From NCBI GenBank assembly GCA_963676915.2, contig CAXXVK010000062.1, positions 1 to 64,000 of the forward strand: DNA of 64,000 nt. Reading direction: 5' to 3'. Below are positions 40,601-50,400 of the stretch, one piece after another. The stretch's first letter is position 1. Each line of letters opens with the position of its first letter. Source of the stretch: Myxococcota bacterium (GTDB taxonomy: Bacteria; Myxococcota_A; SURF-8; G963663525). The notes beneath the pieces are model-generated. The model worked only from the letters and a program-made list of their open reading frames with translations, was not told the DNA's origin and did no database searches. Position numbers and translations under genes: made by a program.

Positions 40601-42654
40601 TGAAATCCTCGCAACCTGCGATTCACGATTGTGAAATCTACGGCAACGGAGAAACCGGAATCGCCTATTCGGGAAGCCATGGCGGTTCGTTACTGGAAAG
40701 CTCCATCACTTTGAACGGTTCGGAAGGAATTCGCATCGAAAACGATTCCAATCCGCCAACCATTAACTACAATAACGTTCATGGGAACTCTGTCTCTGGT
40801 GGCTGGCGATTCTTCTCGGAGAATCCTTCCTCTGTCTTGTCATATTCCAGTTCAACATGCTGTGGTACGTACTATACGGATCCATGGACGGCTCCCGAAG
40901 GAGGATACGTCCGGCGCTTGCGCGTTACCTACGACGAAAACGATTCTTCATACGGAAATTACGTCAGCGGTGGTATTGCGGATGGAAGCAACCGATCCCT
41001 CTGGAGTACTTCCTATGATCGTAGCAACCTGTGGGTGGATCTTTCCTCGCACAATGCACAATCCGTGAAATTATACGTAAACAATGATTATGGCAGTACT
41101 CAGAGCATCTCTGCCAACAGTGTTGTCTATGGCAAACCCGATCAGGGCGGTGTGGAAATGGCTGTCAACATGCTCAATGCCACCGTGGATGCGCGATTCA
41201 ATTATTGGGGCGTGTTCCCGAATGCTTTGGATGCGGTCAGCATGAATGATCCTGACACCGTAAATATGCAAGGCTTTACCGGGGTGCCATACGATTCCGA
41301 TTGGGATCGCGGTCCTTACATCGGAGGTGGAACGATCGAAGAAAGCGTAACGCTTTCCGGTACGATTTACGTTACGGGGAACGTCAATGTGGCGTCCGGA
41401 GCGACGTTGACGCTTGAAGCGGGAACCGATGTGCAAGTGGTTCGTCACGATCAGGATGGCGACAACGACGGTGATTTTTCTATAGAAATCAATGGAATCT
41501 TTACAGCGCTTGGAAGTGAATCCAATCCGATATCGATTGATGGGTATGGCTTGAGTCCACAAGAAAGCAGCTACGATACGTTCTATTTGAAAGGGCAGGG
41601 CAGTCAGCTCGAATACGTCTCGTTCGCCCATGGAATGAGAAATCTCGTCGTACAGTCATGTGACGCGGTGATGGATCATTTAACCGTGGAAGATGCCGCC
41701 GATATAGGGGTGCTCTTCAGCAATTCTCAAAGCGGGGCGTCTTTGACACATGCCAGTGTCGAAGGGTGCGGCAACGATGGGATCAAAATCAGTGGCGGAG
41801 AAGTCGAACTCGGTTATGTGAATTCAAGCAACAACGGACGCCATGGCCTATTCGTCGAGGGTGGTTCGGCCAACGTAACCATGGAAGATTCCACATTGCG
41901 ATACAACGGTGGAAATGGAGCGGAAATCAATGGTACGGCAACCATTCAGTTCGACTATTGCCATTTCGGTGACAACTCCCGACATGGAGTGGGAATCGGT
42001 GGACAGGTAAGCGGACTCGTTGCTCACAGCAACGTATCGTTTAATGGATTGAACGGGTTTTATATCTACCGAAACGGCAGTTATCTCCCAACGGCAGCGG
42101 TAAACTACAACAACATCTTCTCCAATTCCGTAGAAGCTTCGTATGAAGTTGGAGCGGAGAACACGACGTCCGTACTGTCATGGTCCGGTTCCACTTGTTG
42201 CGGAACTTACAGTTCGTCGGTATGGACGGCACCCAACGATGGCGACATCGTATGGACGAAAGTCTCATATGACGAAAATGATTCCTCTTACGGCAATTAT
42301 GTCAGCGGTGGGGTAATGAATGGATCCACCGGGCAAATTTTATGGTCCTCTTCATACGATCGTTCCAATCTTTGGGTGTTCATAGGCGATTTCAACGCCA
42401 AATCCATCAAGGTTTATATCAACAACGATTATGGAAGCACCCAGTCGATCCAGGCGACGCAAACGATTTACGCTGCAGAATTGTCCAACGATATCGCCAT
42501 GACAGCCATCGATACCGATAACGGAACCATCGACGCGAAACACAACTGGTGGGGCGGATCGCTCGATCCGGCGTCGTTGCTCTCCGAGCATCCCGTGGGA
42601 CTCGTCGATTACAGCAGCTTTACAGGAATTTCCTACGATGTAGGACCGCGCTAG
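37615..42654 (+). CDS. Large lipoprotein: 12 six-Cys repeats, Ig/PKD domains, two right-handed beta-helix regions
   Basis: Lipobox ISGC; C.P....C......C..DGSG[YW].....C.....C..G.C x12 (37798-39390); PKD DASAS.D...RWDWENDG; N...GI beta-helix repeats ending IDAKHNWWG. Confidence 0.8.
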   Translation: MSRIFITFFAFMLMIFWISGCEEDGSTVWEQEGDKDTESSDQDSNNNGDVDIWEITDQETMCVPFSRTCFGNSVFICSNDGSSYLEPEDCLEGQFCKDGSCHNELCEPNSIICSDEFSYSICTADGSGYGEALSCGAGRYCRAGVCNVQLCEPNELGCIGNETAQCASDGSGWGTSTPCGDMKYCKAGACLDKVCQPNTWDCDGTSAKRQCKADGSGWIDPESCLESEYCQSGSCFPRICFPEETVCEGNAVKTCNDLGSGYGEPVACEASESCIAGDCQPTACTPNSKTCSGNNVLTCLPSGNGYSEPSECPDSTYCEAGACENQVCTPLSRKCNENGEVVTCKSNGSSWGVPTTCGDDTYCSEGYCLNQICEPGDSVCEDLYSYMTCNEQGSGYGDASNCGENKVCISGDCVDQTCEPNSTRCEGNSVVVCHPDGTGYSTPRDCGEDSYCQDGTCHTQVCEPFENSCDGNSVLTCNEQGSGWGDPVPCGDNTYCRSGRCEELLCEPNEYICSDNFHYRLCNNDGTDWGDEHSCPANQYCEDGGCLDQVCEPDERQCLSSTSYRVCDAKGSAWLPDSTCIDNDVCYEGACHDPNDVPDPTIEVSFVRPQPGSTMELTQGENLGILVNAVMNSGSIASVDLLVDGELFQSDSELPYEFDYLVPTTAQTGAVFELEARANGSNGRYNLSEASFIEVRNDPPMAVFTATVSGDRLATVDASASEDRETPGEELEVRWDWENDGTFTEWTTEKVASHEYADYGEYTIAMEVRDGVNQTASTTKIVSFSDTDYVGGEISESTTWYGTIVITGDVIVPNGVTLTVSEGTQVLFVFQDTQPEDGVGDYGITVESGGKLLVEGTGTSPVLFSSYGTDHRTSGAWEEIAISGSESSIEGAVIEYGDKCLDWKTNGSMSDLEVRTCKSWGVRLTGSGASNVSASLLSIHGCNDVGLLVESGSTNYAFESYIAYENGGAGASFQSAGSGMLDGCDISDNGTSGILVKSSQPAIHDCEIYGNGETGIAYSGSHGGSLLESSITLNGSEGIRIENDSNPPTINYNNVHGNSVSGGWRFFSENPSSVLSYSSSTCCGTYYTDPWTAPEGGYVRRLRVTYDENDSSYGNYVSGGIADGSNRSLWSTSYDRSNLWVDLSSHNAQSVKLYVNNDYGSTQSISANSVVYGKPDQGGVEMAVNMLNATVDARFNYWGVFPNALDAVSMNDPDTVNMQGFTGVPYDSDWDRGPYIGGGTIEESVTLSGTIYVTGNVNVASGATLTLEAGTDVQVVRHDQDGDNDGDFSIEINGIFTALGSESNPISIDGYGLSPQESSYDTFYLKGQGSQLEYVSFAHGMRNLVVQSCDAVMDHLTVEDAADIGVLFSNSQSGASLTHASVEGCGNDGIKISGGEVELGYVNSSNNGRHGLFVEGGSANVTMEDSTLRYNGGNGAEINGTATIQFDYCHFGDNSRHGVGIGGQVSGLVAHSNVSFNGLNGFYIYRNGSYLPTAAVNYNNIFSNSVEASYEVGAENTTSVLSWSGSTCCGTYSSSVWTAPNDGDIVWTKVSYDENDSSYGNYVSGGVMNGSTGQILWSSSYDRSNLWVFIGDFNAKSIKVYINNDYGSTQSIQATQTIYAAELSNDIAMTAIDTDNGTIDAKHNWWGGSLDPASLLSEHPVGLVDYSSFTGISYDVGPR

Positions 42655-42860
42655 AGCGAGGTCTTTATCTCGTTACATGTATGCTGGTTTTTGGTGTCGG
42701 GAGAGAAATCTCCCGACATTTTTGTTCTATCCACCTGTTACTACAAGATCGTTTGCGCTGGTCGGGAAAATTCTGCTCGGCATTCATTGTTGAATTTCTA
42801 TAGAGCCGCTTTCACATTGTTTTGGACAGCAAGGAACTCGACCCAAAACCACTGCACACG

Positions 42861-42886
42861 AAAAAAGGCGGGAAATTCCCGCCTTT
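42861..42886 (-). terminator. Intrinsic terminator of the small-lipoprotein operon
   Basis: AAAGGCGGGA-AAT-TCCCGCCTTT hairpin with a 6-U tail on the minus strand, 21 nt after stop 42908. Confidence 0.8.
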
Positions 42887-42907
42887 CAAAATCCGTATGA
42901 AACCGGA

Positions 42908-43144
42908 TTACTTCTTGTTGCTGAGCTTCGTGATTTCTTCCTGTTCCACGCAGGTCAACGTGTTGTTGTCGAGCAGAGTGCAGGCCTTGACCTTCATCTC
43001 TTTCGTGCTCTCGTAGAACGCAAGGTAGAAATGTTTGCCGTCTTCGGTCCAGTGTTTGGCGGTGACGAAGCGGTTGGTCGGTCCACAACCGAGAATCGAC
43101 AGGGAAGCCAGCATTCCGATCAAGCAAAAGGCTACGGTTTTCAT
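42908..43144 (-). CDS. Small lipoprotein (78 aa) with C-x9-C
   Basis: AGGAGG RBS, lipobox ILGC. Confidence 0.8.
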   Translation of the reverse strand: MKTVAFCLIGMLASLSILGCGPTNRFVTAKHWTEDGKHFYLAFYESTKEMKVKACTLLDNNTLTCVEQEEITKLSNKK

Positions 43145-43159
43145 GATGGTTTCCTCCTG

Positions 43160-43447
43160 TTAATTGGCGGTGTTGTGGGGATAGACGTGTTCGAGCACCT
43201 TGGTCGTCTGGCAATTGGTCGGCTTGCCATCCGAACCGTAATCGCAGACCCGTACGAGGTAGTGATACAGCTCTTGGCTGTTGTCGGGATCGCCCACGGT
43301 TTCACCGGTTTTTTCTAGGACATACATCACGGCTTTGTCACCCTCGAAGTGCTGAGAAATCAGCAGCTTGGGAGGTGTGCACGCAGCAAACAGCAGCAGT
43401 GCCGACAAGGTGAATACGACGATCGCGAGTTTTCTCATTCGTTTCAT
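43160..43447 (-). CDS. Small lipoprotein (95 aa) with C-x10-C
   Basis: AAGGAGG RBS, lipobox FAAC. Confidence 0.8.
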   Translation of the reverse strand: MKRMRKLAIVVFTLSALLLFAACTPPKLLISQHFEGDKAVMYVLEKTGETVGDPDNSQELYHYLVRVCDYGSDGKPTNCQTTKVLEHVYPHNTAN

Positions 43448-43462
43448 CTGTTATCCTCCTTG

Positions 43463-43732
43463 TTAATAACTGTAGCTGATGCAGTCGAGGTCGGAATCGC
43501 CGTCGCAGGTCATCTCGCAGACGACTTTGCTGTCGGTTTCGACACAAGTCCAGAACTGATGTGTGGTTTTGAGTACAAAAACCTGATTGTACTTGTCCAC
43601 GGTCTGGACCGACAACACGTCCTGGCTCGGATGCGACGAGAGTTCCACCGGCACGCGACTGGTCAGGCAACCGGTCATCAAGGTGGAGATGAAAAGCGCC
43701 ACTACGGCGAATACGATCAGTTTTTTACGCAT
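43463..43732 (-). CDS. Small lipoprotein (89 aa) with C-x8-C and C-x7-C
   Basis: G-rich RBS, lipobox MTGC. Confidence 0.8.
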   Translation of the reverse strand: MRKKLIVFAVVALFISTLMTGCLTSRVPVELSSHPSQDVLSVQTVDKYNQVFVLKTTHQFWTCVETDSKVVCEMTCDGDSDLDCISYSY

Positions 43733-43741
43733 TTCAACCCC

Positions 43742-43969
43742 CTAATCCTTGAATTCAAGCGGTTTGTCTTTGCAATTCGTCAGCGAACCGTCTTCGCCGA
43801 TGTTGCAAACGAACAGCCCGACATCCTTGCTGCCGTCCGAGTAGATCAGCTTCATGGTGTCGTCTTTGGAATCGATGGCCGTGATGATTTTCGGCTGGCT
43901 ACAACCGAAAAACGCCAGGATACCGATTGCGCAAAGGAACAGCACCAAGCCCCTTTTGAGTTTTCCCAT
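43742..43969 (-). CDS. Small lipoprotein (75 aa) with C-x10-C
   Basis: AAGGAGG RBS before ATG 43969, lipobox FFGC. Confidence 0.8.
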   Translation of the reverse strand: MGKLKRGLVLFLCAIGILAFFGCSQPKIITAIDSKDDTMKLIYSDGSKDVGLFVCNIGEDGSLTNCKDKPLEFKD

Positions 43970-44409
43970 GCTTTCCTCCTTTGAGATTGACCCTTTCCAT
44001 GGATTCGCCAGCACTTTTTCAACCGCCTATGCAGTTTGAGAAACAGGCGAAACCAACAAACAACATCTTCACAAAATCAGGTAAACAATCTAAAGCAAAC
44101 CCCGAACAAAGATTGTTTGATTATTGTAAATTGTAAGCAATTGTATCGTCTTAAGATTTTCTGTCAAGATGAAAATTTTCTGACAGAAGGTGCCTTTTTT
44201 ACAAAAAATGTAACAATTACTATGGGTTCAGTGCAGCGCTTTGTTGGCGTAAAGAGAGCAATTTTCTCAAACATCAGTGGGAGTGACACCAAATTTCCGA
44301 AATGATTTCCAGGAAGTGGAAATTGTGCTACAATACCCGCTTGTATTTTCTCTTTTTCCATTGAGACAACGTTCCATTTTTTCGATACGTGTTGCAACGA
44401 GCGACCGGA

Positions 44410-47400
44410 ATGAGCAAACGAAAAATACTTCTGATTGATCCCGACGAGTCGTTTGCAAAGCAACTGGGGGGGCATCTTAAATCCCTTCCGGTCGAATTCG
44501 AGCAGGTGGCTGCTGGGGACAAAGGGATATCCCGTTACCAACAATGGAAACCGGACGTGTTGTTGATCTGTGTCGAACTCACCGATACCAACGGGTTCAA
44601 CCTGTTCGAAATGATCAATTCCCTCCAAGCGTCCGGTCAGTGTTTCATCGTCATGATCGGTGGAATAAATCATGCCGCATCGTTCAAAGAGCACGAAAAA
44701 CTTCCTCGTCATGCGGATATGTACGCTACAAAGCCTATCGATCTGAATCAGTTTCAAAACAGGCTTGCTTCCCGATTGAAATGGATTCCTATGATTGCGG
44801 CTCCCGTGAACGAGGTCTCCAAAGCGACTCCTGCAACCAAAGAGCCTGCTTCCGATGCGTCGGAGCCGCCAACGGAACAAAAGGCTTCCGAGAGTAAACC
44901 CAAACCCCAAACAAAGACGTCTTCAAAGAAGAAGAGTCAAGCATTACAACAACTTCGAAAAGAATTGGCCGAAAGCTACATCGAAAAAAGCAGTTTGGAG
45001 ATGCAGCTTCAGGAGGTAGAGGAAAAGAAAGAAAGCCTTCAAAGCGAATTGGACGAAACCAAATTCGAGTTACAAAAGGCCAATTTCAAAATCGAAACGC
45101 TGGGGCATGATGTAGAACGCCTACGAAAGTCCCTGACCACTCGCGGAGAGGAATCGCCGCAACGCCTGGAAAAACTTCAGGAATTGCATGACAAGGTAGA
45201 GTCGATACGTTCCTCCCGCGAAGAAGACGCCCAGCGACTTGAAATACTTCTGAAAGAAAAAGAAGAAGAACTAGGCATTTTGCGGCAAAACGCCACCGAA
45301 ATGCTTGAAGAAACTCAAGAAGAGAAAAACCTCCTCAAAGAGCAGCTTCAGAAAACCCAACAAAAATCCAAAGAACAACTGCTAAAACTTCAAAAAGAGC
45401 TTGAAGACCGCAGCCGGGAATTTGAAAAAAGCCAAGAAGAAATCCAAATCGGTTTGGTCTCCAAACTGGAAGAAAACAAGGAAAAACTCGGAAAAAAAGA
45501 ACTCGAACTGGCTTCTTTAAAAGAGGAATACGAGAGCAAATTGGAAGACCTGGAGCTTCTGCTGCTTTCTTCCCGCGAAGACCTGGAACAGGTCAAAGAA
45601 GACGCGATGATGCTTCGGCAAACGTTGACCGAGCGCGACTCCGAGTTTGAAGCATACAAAGAGCAATCCGAGAAAGATCGTGCCGAGTCCTCCGTGAGAG
45701 CGCAGGAACTTGAAGAAACGTTGATGGAATACAGGCTCGAAAGCGCTATTCTGCTTGAGGAATCCAACGAACAAAGCCGTAAACTGAAACTCGAAAATGC
45801 CGAGTTGCAGGAAAAACTGCTCAAAGAAAAACTTTTCAGCGAGCAGGAAAGCAACCGTTTATCCAAGGAACTGGAGCAAGTCCAGAAACAATTGGAAAAC
45901 GAGCAACAAGCCCTTCGTGATGTGCAAGAAGTTCACGAAAAGGAACGTCAATCTCTGGAGGAAAATCTCCAGCACTTGCAGAAAGAAAAAGATTCCAGTA
46001 GCGAAACCGCGAAGAAGCAGACTGAGCGTCTTGAAGAATTGGAACAAAAACTGGCAGAAAGCCAAGAAGCTTTCGAGCAACAAAAACGCGAGTTGGAGGA
46101 CTCCCAAAAGACACTCGAAGCTCACCAATCCGAGTTTGAATCGCTACAAACACAGTTCAAAGAACAAACGGAATCCCTCCAGCAACGAGATACCGAGCTT
46201 GAATCCTCCAAAACGGAAATGGAGGAGATTCGGACCCGACTGCTGGAAAAAACTTCGGCGCTCGATGAGAAAACGAAAGAAATCGAAGCGTTACAGGAAA
46301 CGTTGCAGCAACGCGACGCCTCGTTGGAGACATCCCAATCCGAAGTGGAGGATGTCCAGGCGCAGCTTTCCGAACAAGCTTCGGCGCTCGACGAAAAAAC
46401 GAGGGAAATAGAGGCGTTACAGGAAACGTTGCAGCAACGCGACACCGCGTTGGAGACGTCCCAATCCGAAGTAGAAGAGGTTCAGGCGCAGCTTTCCGAA
46501 CAAGCTTCGACGCTCAATGAGAAAACGAAGGAAATCGAAGCGTTACAGGAAACGTTGCAACAACGCGACGCCTCGTTGGAGACGTCCCAATCCGAAGTAG
46601 AGGACGTTCAGGCGCAGCTTTCCGAACAAGCTTCGGCGCTCGACGAAAAAACGAAGGAAATAGAGGCGTTACAGGAAACGTTGCAGCAACGCGACACCGC
46701 GTTGGAGACGTCCCAATCCGAAGTAGAAGAGGTTCAGGCGCAGCTTTCCGAACTAGCTTCGGCGCTCAATGAAAAAACGAAAGAAATCGAGGCGTTACAG
46801 GAAACGTTGCAACAACGCGATACTGCGTTGGAGACGTCCCAATCCGAAGTAGAGGACGTCCAGGCGCAGCTTTCCGAACAAGCTTCGACGCTCGACGAGA
46901 AAACGAAGGAAATCGATTCGTTACAGGAAACGTTGCAACAACGTGACGCTGCGTTGGAGACATCCCAATCCAAAGTGGAAGACGTTCGGGCGCAGCTTTC
47001 CGAACAAGCTTCGGCACTCGACGAAAAAACGAGGGAAATCGAGGCGTTACAGGAAACGTTGCAACAACGCGATACTGCGTTGGAGACGAAGCACCAGGAA
47101 GCGGAAGAGTTGCAGGTACAACTTGCCGAGCAACTTTCTGTTTTTGAGGTAAAATCATACGAATTCGCAGGACGGGAAGCGGTCTGGCAGGAAGATTTAC
47201 AGTTGGCACGTTCCGAAGCCGAACAGTTGCAAACGCAATTGGCCGAACGAACAGCTTCACTGGAAGAAATCCACTCGGAAAATGCGCGATTCAAACAAGA
47301 ATTGGCGGATAGCCTCAAAGAATTGGAAGAAGTACGACGAGAACGAGAAGATTTTCAGGCTCTTTTGAACGAAAGGGAAGAAGCGCTGGAGGAAGCGCAG

Positions 47401-50400
47401 CAATCCATTGTTGATGAAAAAGAGCAATATCGGCAGCTACAGGAAAGTTCTCAGTCCGAGCAAAACGAAGCGCGAGAGCAACTTGAAGTGCTCGAACGTC
47501 GAAAGGTCGAACTCGAAACCGAGGTTCAGGAGAAAACCGAATCGTTCGAAATGTCACGTCGGGACTGGGAAGCTCAAAACGATCAGCAACGGAAGATGAT
47601 CGACGAGTTAAGCCAGAAACTTGCGAAACGATCCGACGAACTGGCGCAGTTGAGAAAGTCGCAACAAAAAGAACGTCAAGAATTCGAACTCCAACAGGAG
47701 CAACGAGAAAAAGAACTCGAATCTCTCCGGGAGAAGCAAGAGCAACTTGCCTCCGAGTTCGCGTCCCAGAAAGAGGACTTCGAGCAGCAGTTGGCCGAAC
47801 GTCGGGAAGCGCTGGATTCTGCTCAGGCGTCACTTTCGGAAAAAGAGCAGGAAATCGAGAACTTACGTGCCTCTTCGGGTGAAGAAGTTTCGAGTCTCCG
47901 CAACGAACTTTCGGAGAAAGAACAAGCCAAGACCGAGCTTGAAACCGCGCTGGAGGAAGCCCGTTCCGAGTTTGCATCCGAGAAAGAGGACTTCGAGCGA
48001 CAGTTGGCCGAACGCCGGGAAGCGCTGGAGTCCGCTCAGGCGTCGTTATCGGAAAAAGAGCAGGAAATCGAGAGCTTACGGGCGTCTTCGGGTGAGGAAG
48101 TTTCGAATCTCCGAGACAAGCTTTCGGAGAAAGAGCAAGCCAAGGCCGACCTTGAAACCACGTTGGAGGAAGCCCGTACTGAGTTCGCATCTCAGAAAGA
48201 CGACTTCGAGCGTCAGTTAACCGAGCGCCGGGAAGCGCTGGAGACGGCTCAGGCGTCGCTTTCGGAAAAAGAGCAGGAAATCGAGAGCTTACGGGCGTCT
48301 TCGGGTGAGGAAGTTTCGAATCTCCGAGACAAGCTTTCGGAGAAAGAGCAAGCCAAGGCCGACCTTGAAACCACGTTGGAGGAAGCCCGTACTGAGTTCG
48401 CATCTCAGAAAGACGACTTCGAGCGTCAGTTAACCGAGCGCCGGGAAGCGCTGGATTCTGCTCAGGCGTCGTTGACAGATAAAGAGCAGGAAATCGAGAC
48501 GTTACGGGCGTCTTCGGGAGAGGAAGTTTCGAGTCTTCGAAACGAGCTTTCGGAGAAGGAACAAGCCAAGGCTGACCTTGAAACCGCTTTGGAGGAAGCC
48601 CGTTCCGAGTTCGCGTCCGAGAAAGAGGACTTCGAGCGACAGTTGGCCGAGCGCCGGGAAGCGCTGGAGACGGCCCAGGCGTCGTTGACGGAAAAAGAGC
48701 AGGAAATCGAGAGGTTACAGGCGTCTTCGGGAGAGGAAGTTTCGAGACTTCGAGACGAACTTTCGGAGAAGGAACAAGCCAAGGCTGAGTTGGAAACCGC
48801 TTTGGAGGAAGCTCGTTCCGAGTTCGTATCCCAGAAAAATGACTTCGAGCGACAGTTGGCCGAGCGCCGGGAAGCGCTGGAGACGGCTCAGGCTTCGTTA
48901 TCGGAAAAAGAGCAGGAAATCCAGAGCTTGCGGGCGTCTTCGGGAGAGGAAGTATCGAGTCTTCGCAACGAGCTTTCGGAGAAGGAACAAGCCAAGGCTG
49001 ACCTTGAAACCGCTTTGGAGGAAGCCCGTTCCGAGTTCGCGTCCGAGAAAGAGGACTTCGAGCGACAGTTGGCCGAGCGCCGGGAAGCGCTGGAGACGGC
49101 CCAGGCGTCGTTGACGGATAAAGAGCAGGAAATCGAGACGTTACGGTCGTCTTCGGGAGAGGAAGTTTCGAGTCTTCGCGACGAACTTTCGGAGAAGGAA
49201 CAAGCCAAGGCTGACCTTGAAACCGCTTTGGAGGAAGCTCGAACCGAGTTTGCATCCCAGAAAGAGGACTTCGAGCGGCAGTTGACCGAACGTCGGGAAG
49301 CGCTGGAGACGGCCCAGGCGTCGCTATCGGAAAAAGAGCAGGAAATCGAGACGTTACGGTCGTCTTCGGGTGAGGAAGTATCGAGTCTTCGCAACGAGCT
49401 TTCGGAGAAAGAACAAGCCAAGGCTGACCTTGAAACCGCGCTGGAGGAAGCCCGAACCAAGTTTGCATCCGAAAAAGACGATCTCAATCGACAGTTGGCT
49501 GAACGCCGGGAAGCGCTGGAGACGGCTCAGGCGTCGCTTGTGGAAAAAGAGCAGGAAATCGAGAGGTTACAGGCGTCTTCGGGCAAAGAGCTTTCGAGTC
49601 TCCGTAATGAGCTTGTGCAGTGGGAAACTCGCCTCGACGAAGCGAATCAAGCTTTGGAAGACCAAACCTTGCAACATGCACAAAAGTTGGAAGAACACAA
49701 ACGACAGCTTGAGGCAAACGAAGAACGGTACAGGGCTGATGGTCAACGCCTACAGGGGCGGATCGACGAGTTGAATCAAACCATCATTGATTTGAATCAA
49801 AGACTCCAGGAAGACGAAACCAAAATGCAGGATGTTTTGGAAAAATCTTCCAAAGATGTCAAAGCGTTACGTCAACAACTCAAAGCGAAAGAAGAAGAGT
49901 TGGAGCCGCTTCGAAAAGATCAGGCCGAACGCATTCGGTTGCAGTCGGAGCTGGAAAGCCGGGATGATCTGGTAGCCAAGCTGGAAAAAGACCTTGCCGA
50001 ATTGCACGATTTCATCAACGAACACAAAAAATCGGCAGAAATTCACCAAAAACATTACGACGCTTTGGAAAAAGAACTGCGCGAGTTGGAAAAACAGCAG
50101 GTTCAAAGTGAGAAAGTGCAGCAACAAGCCCAGGAACTTAAAGATCAAATCGAACGAAAAGAAGGCGATATTCTCGCCTTGCATACCGATATCGCCGATG
50201 AGCGCCAGCGGCGTGAAGGTCTGGAAAAATCCTACGCCGATCTGCAAAAACGCCTGGAGCAAGCCACTCACGAAGCCTCGGAAGCTCACCCCAAAGACAA
50301 TGGTTTGAGTAAAAAGCTGAGACAGGTTCTTGAAGAAAATTCTCAATACCAAGAGTTGCTTCAAACCAAAAACGATGAGTCCGAAAAATACCGGCAGCGC

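Noticed and set aside
47315-49468. 717-aa Pro/Arg-rich minus-strand ORF
   Set aside because: Antisense by-product of the 213-bp tandem repeat
46255-49614. CRISPR-like periodicity
   Set aside because: Contiguous in-frame coding repeats with no unique spacers and no cas genes
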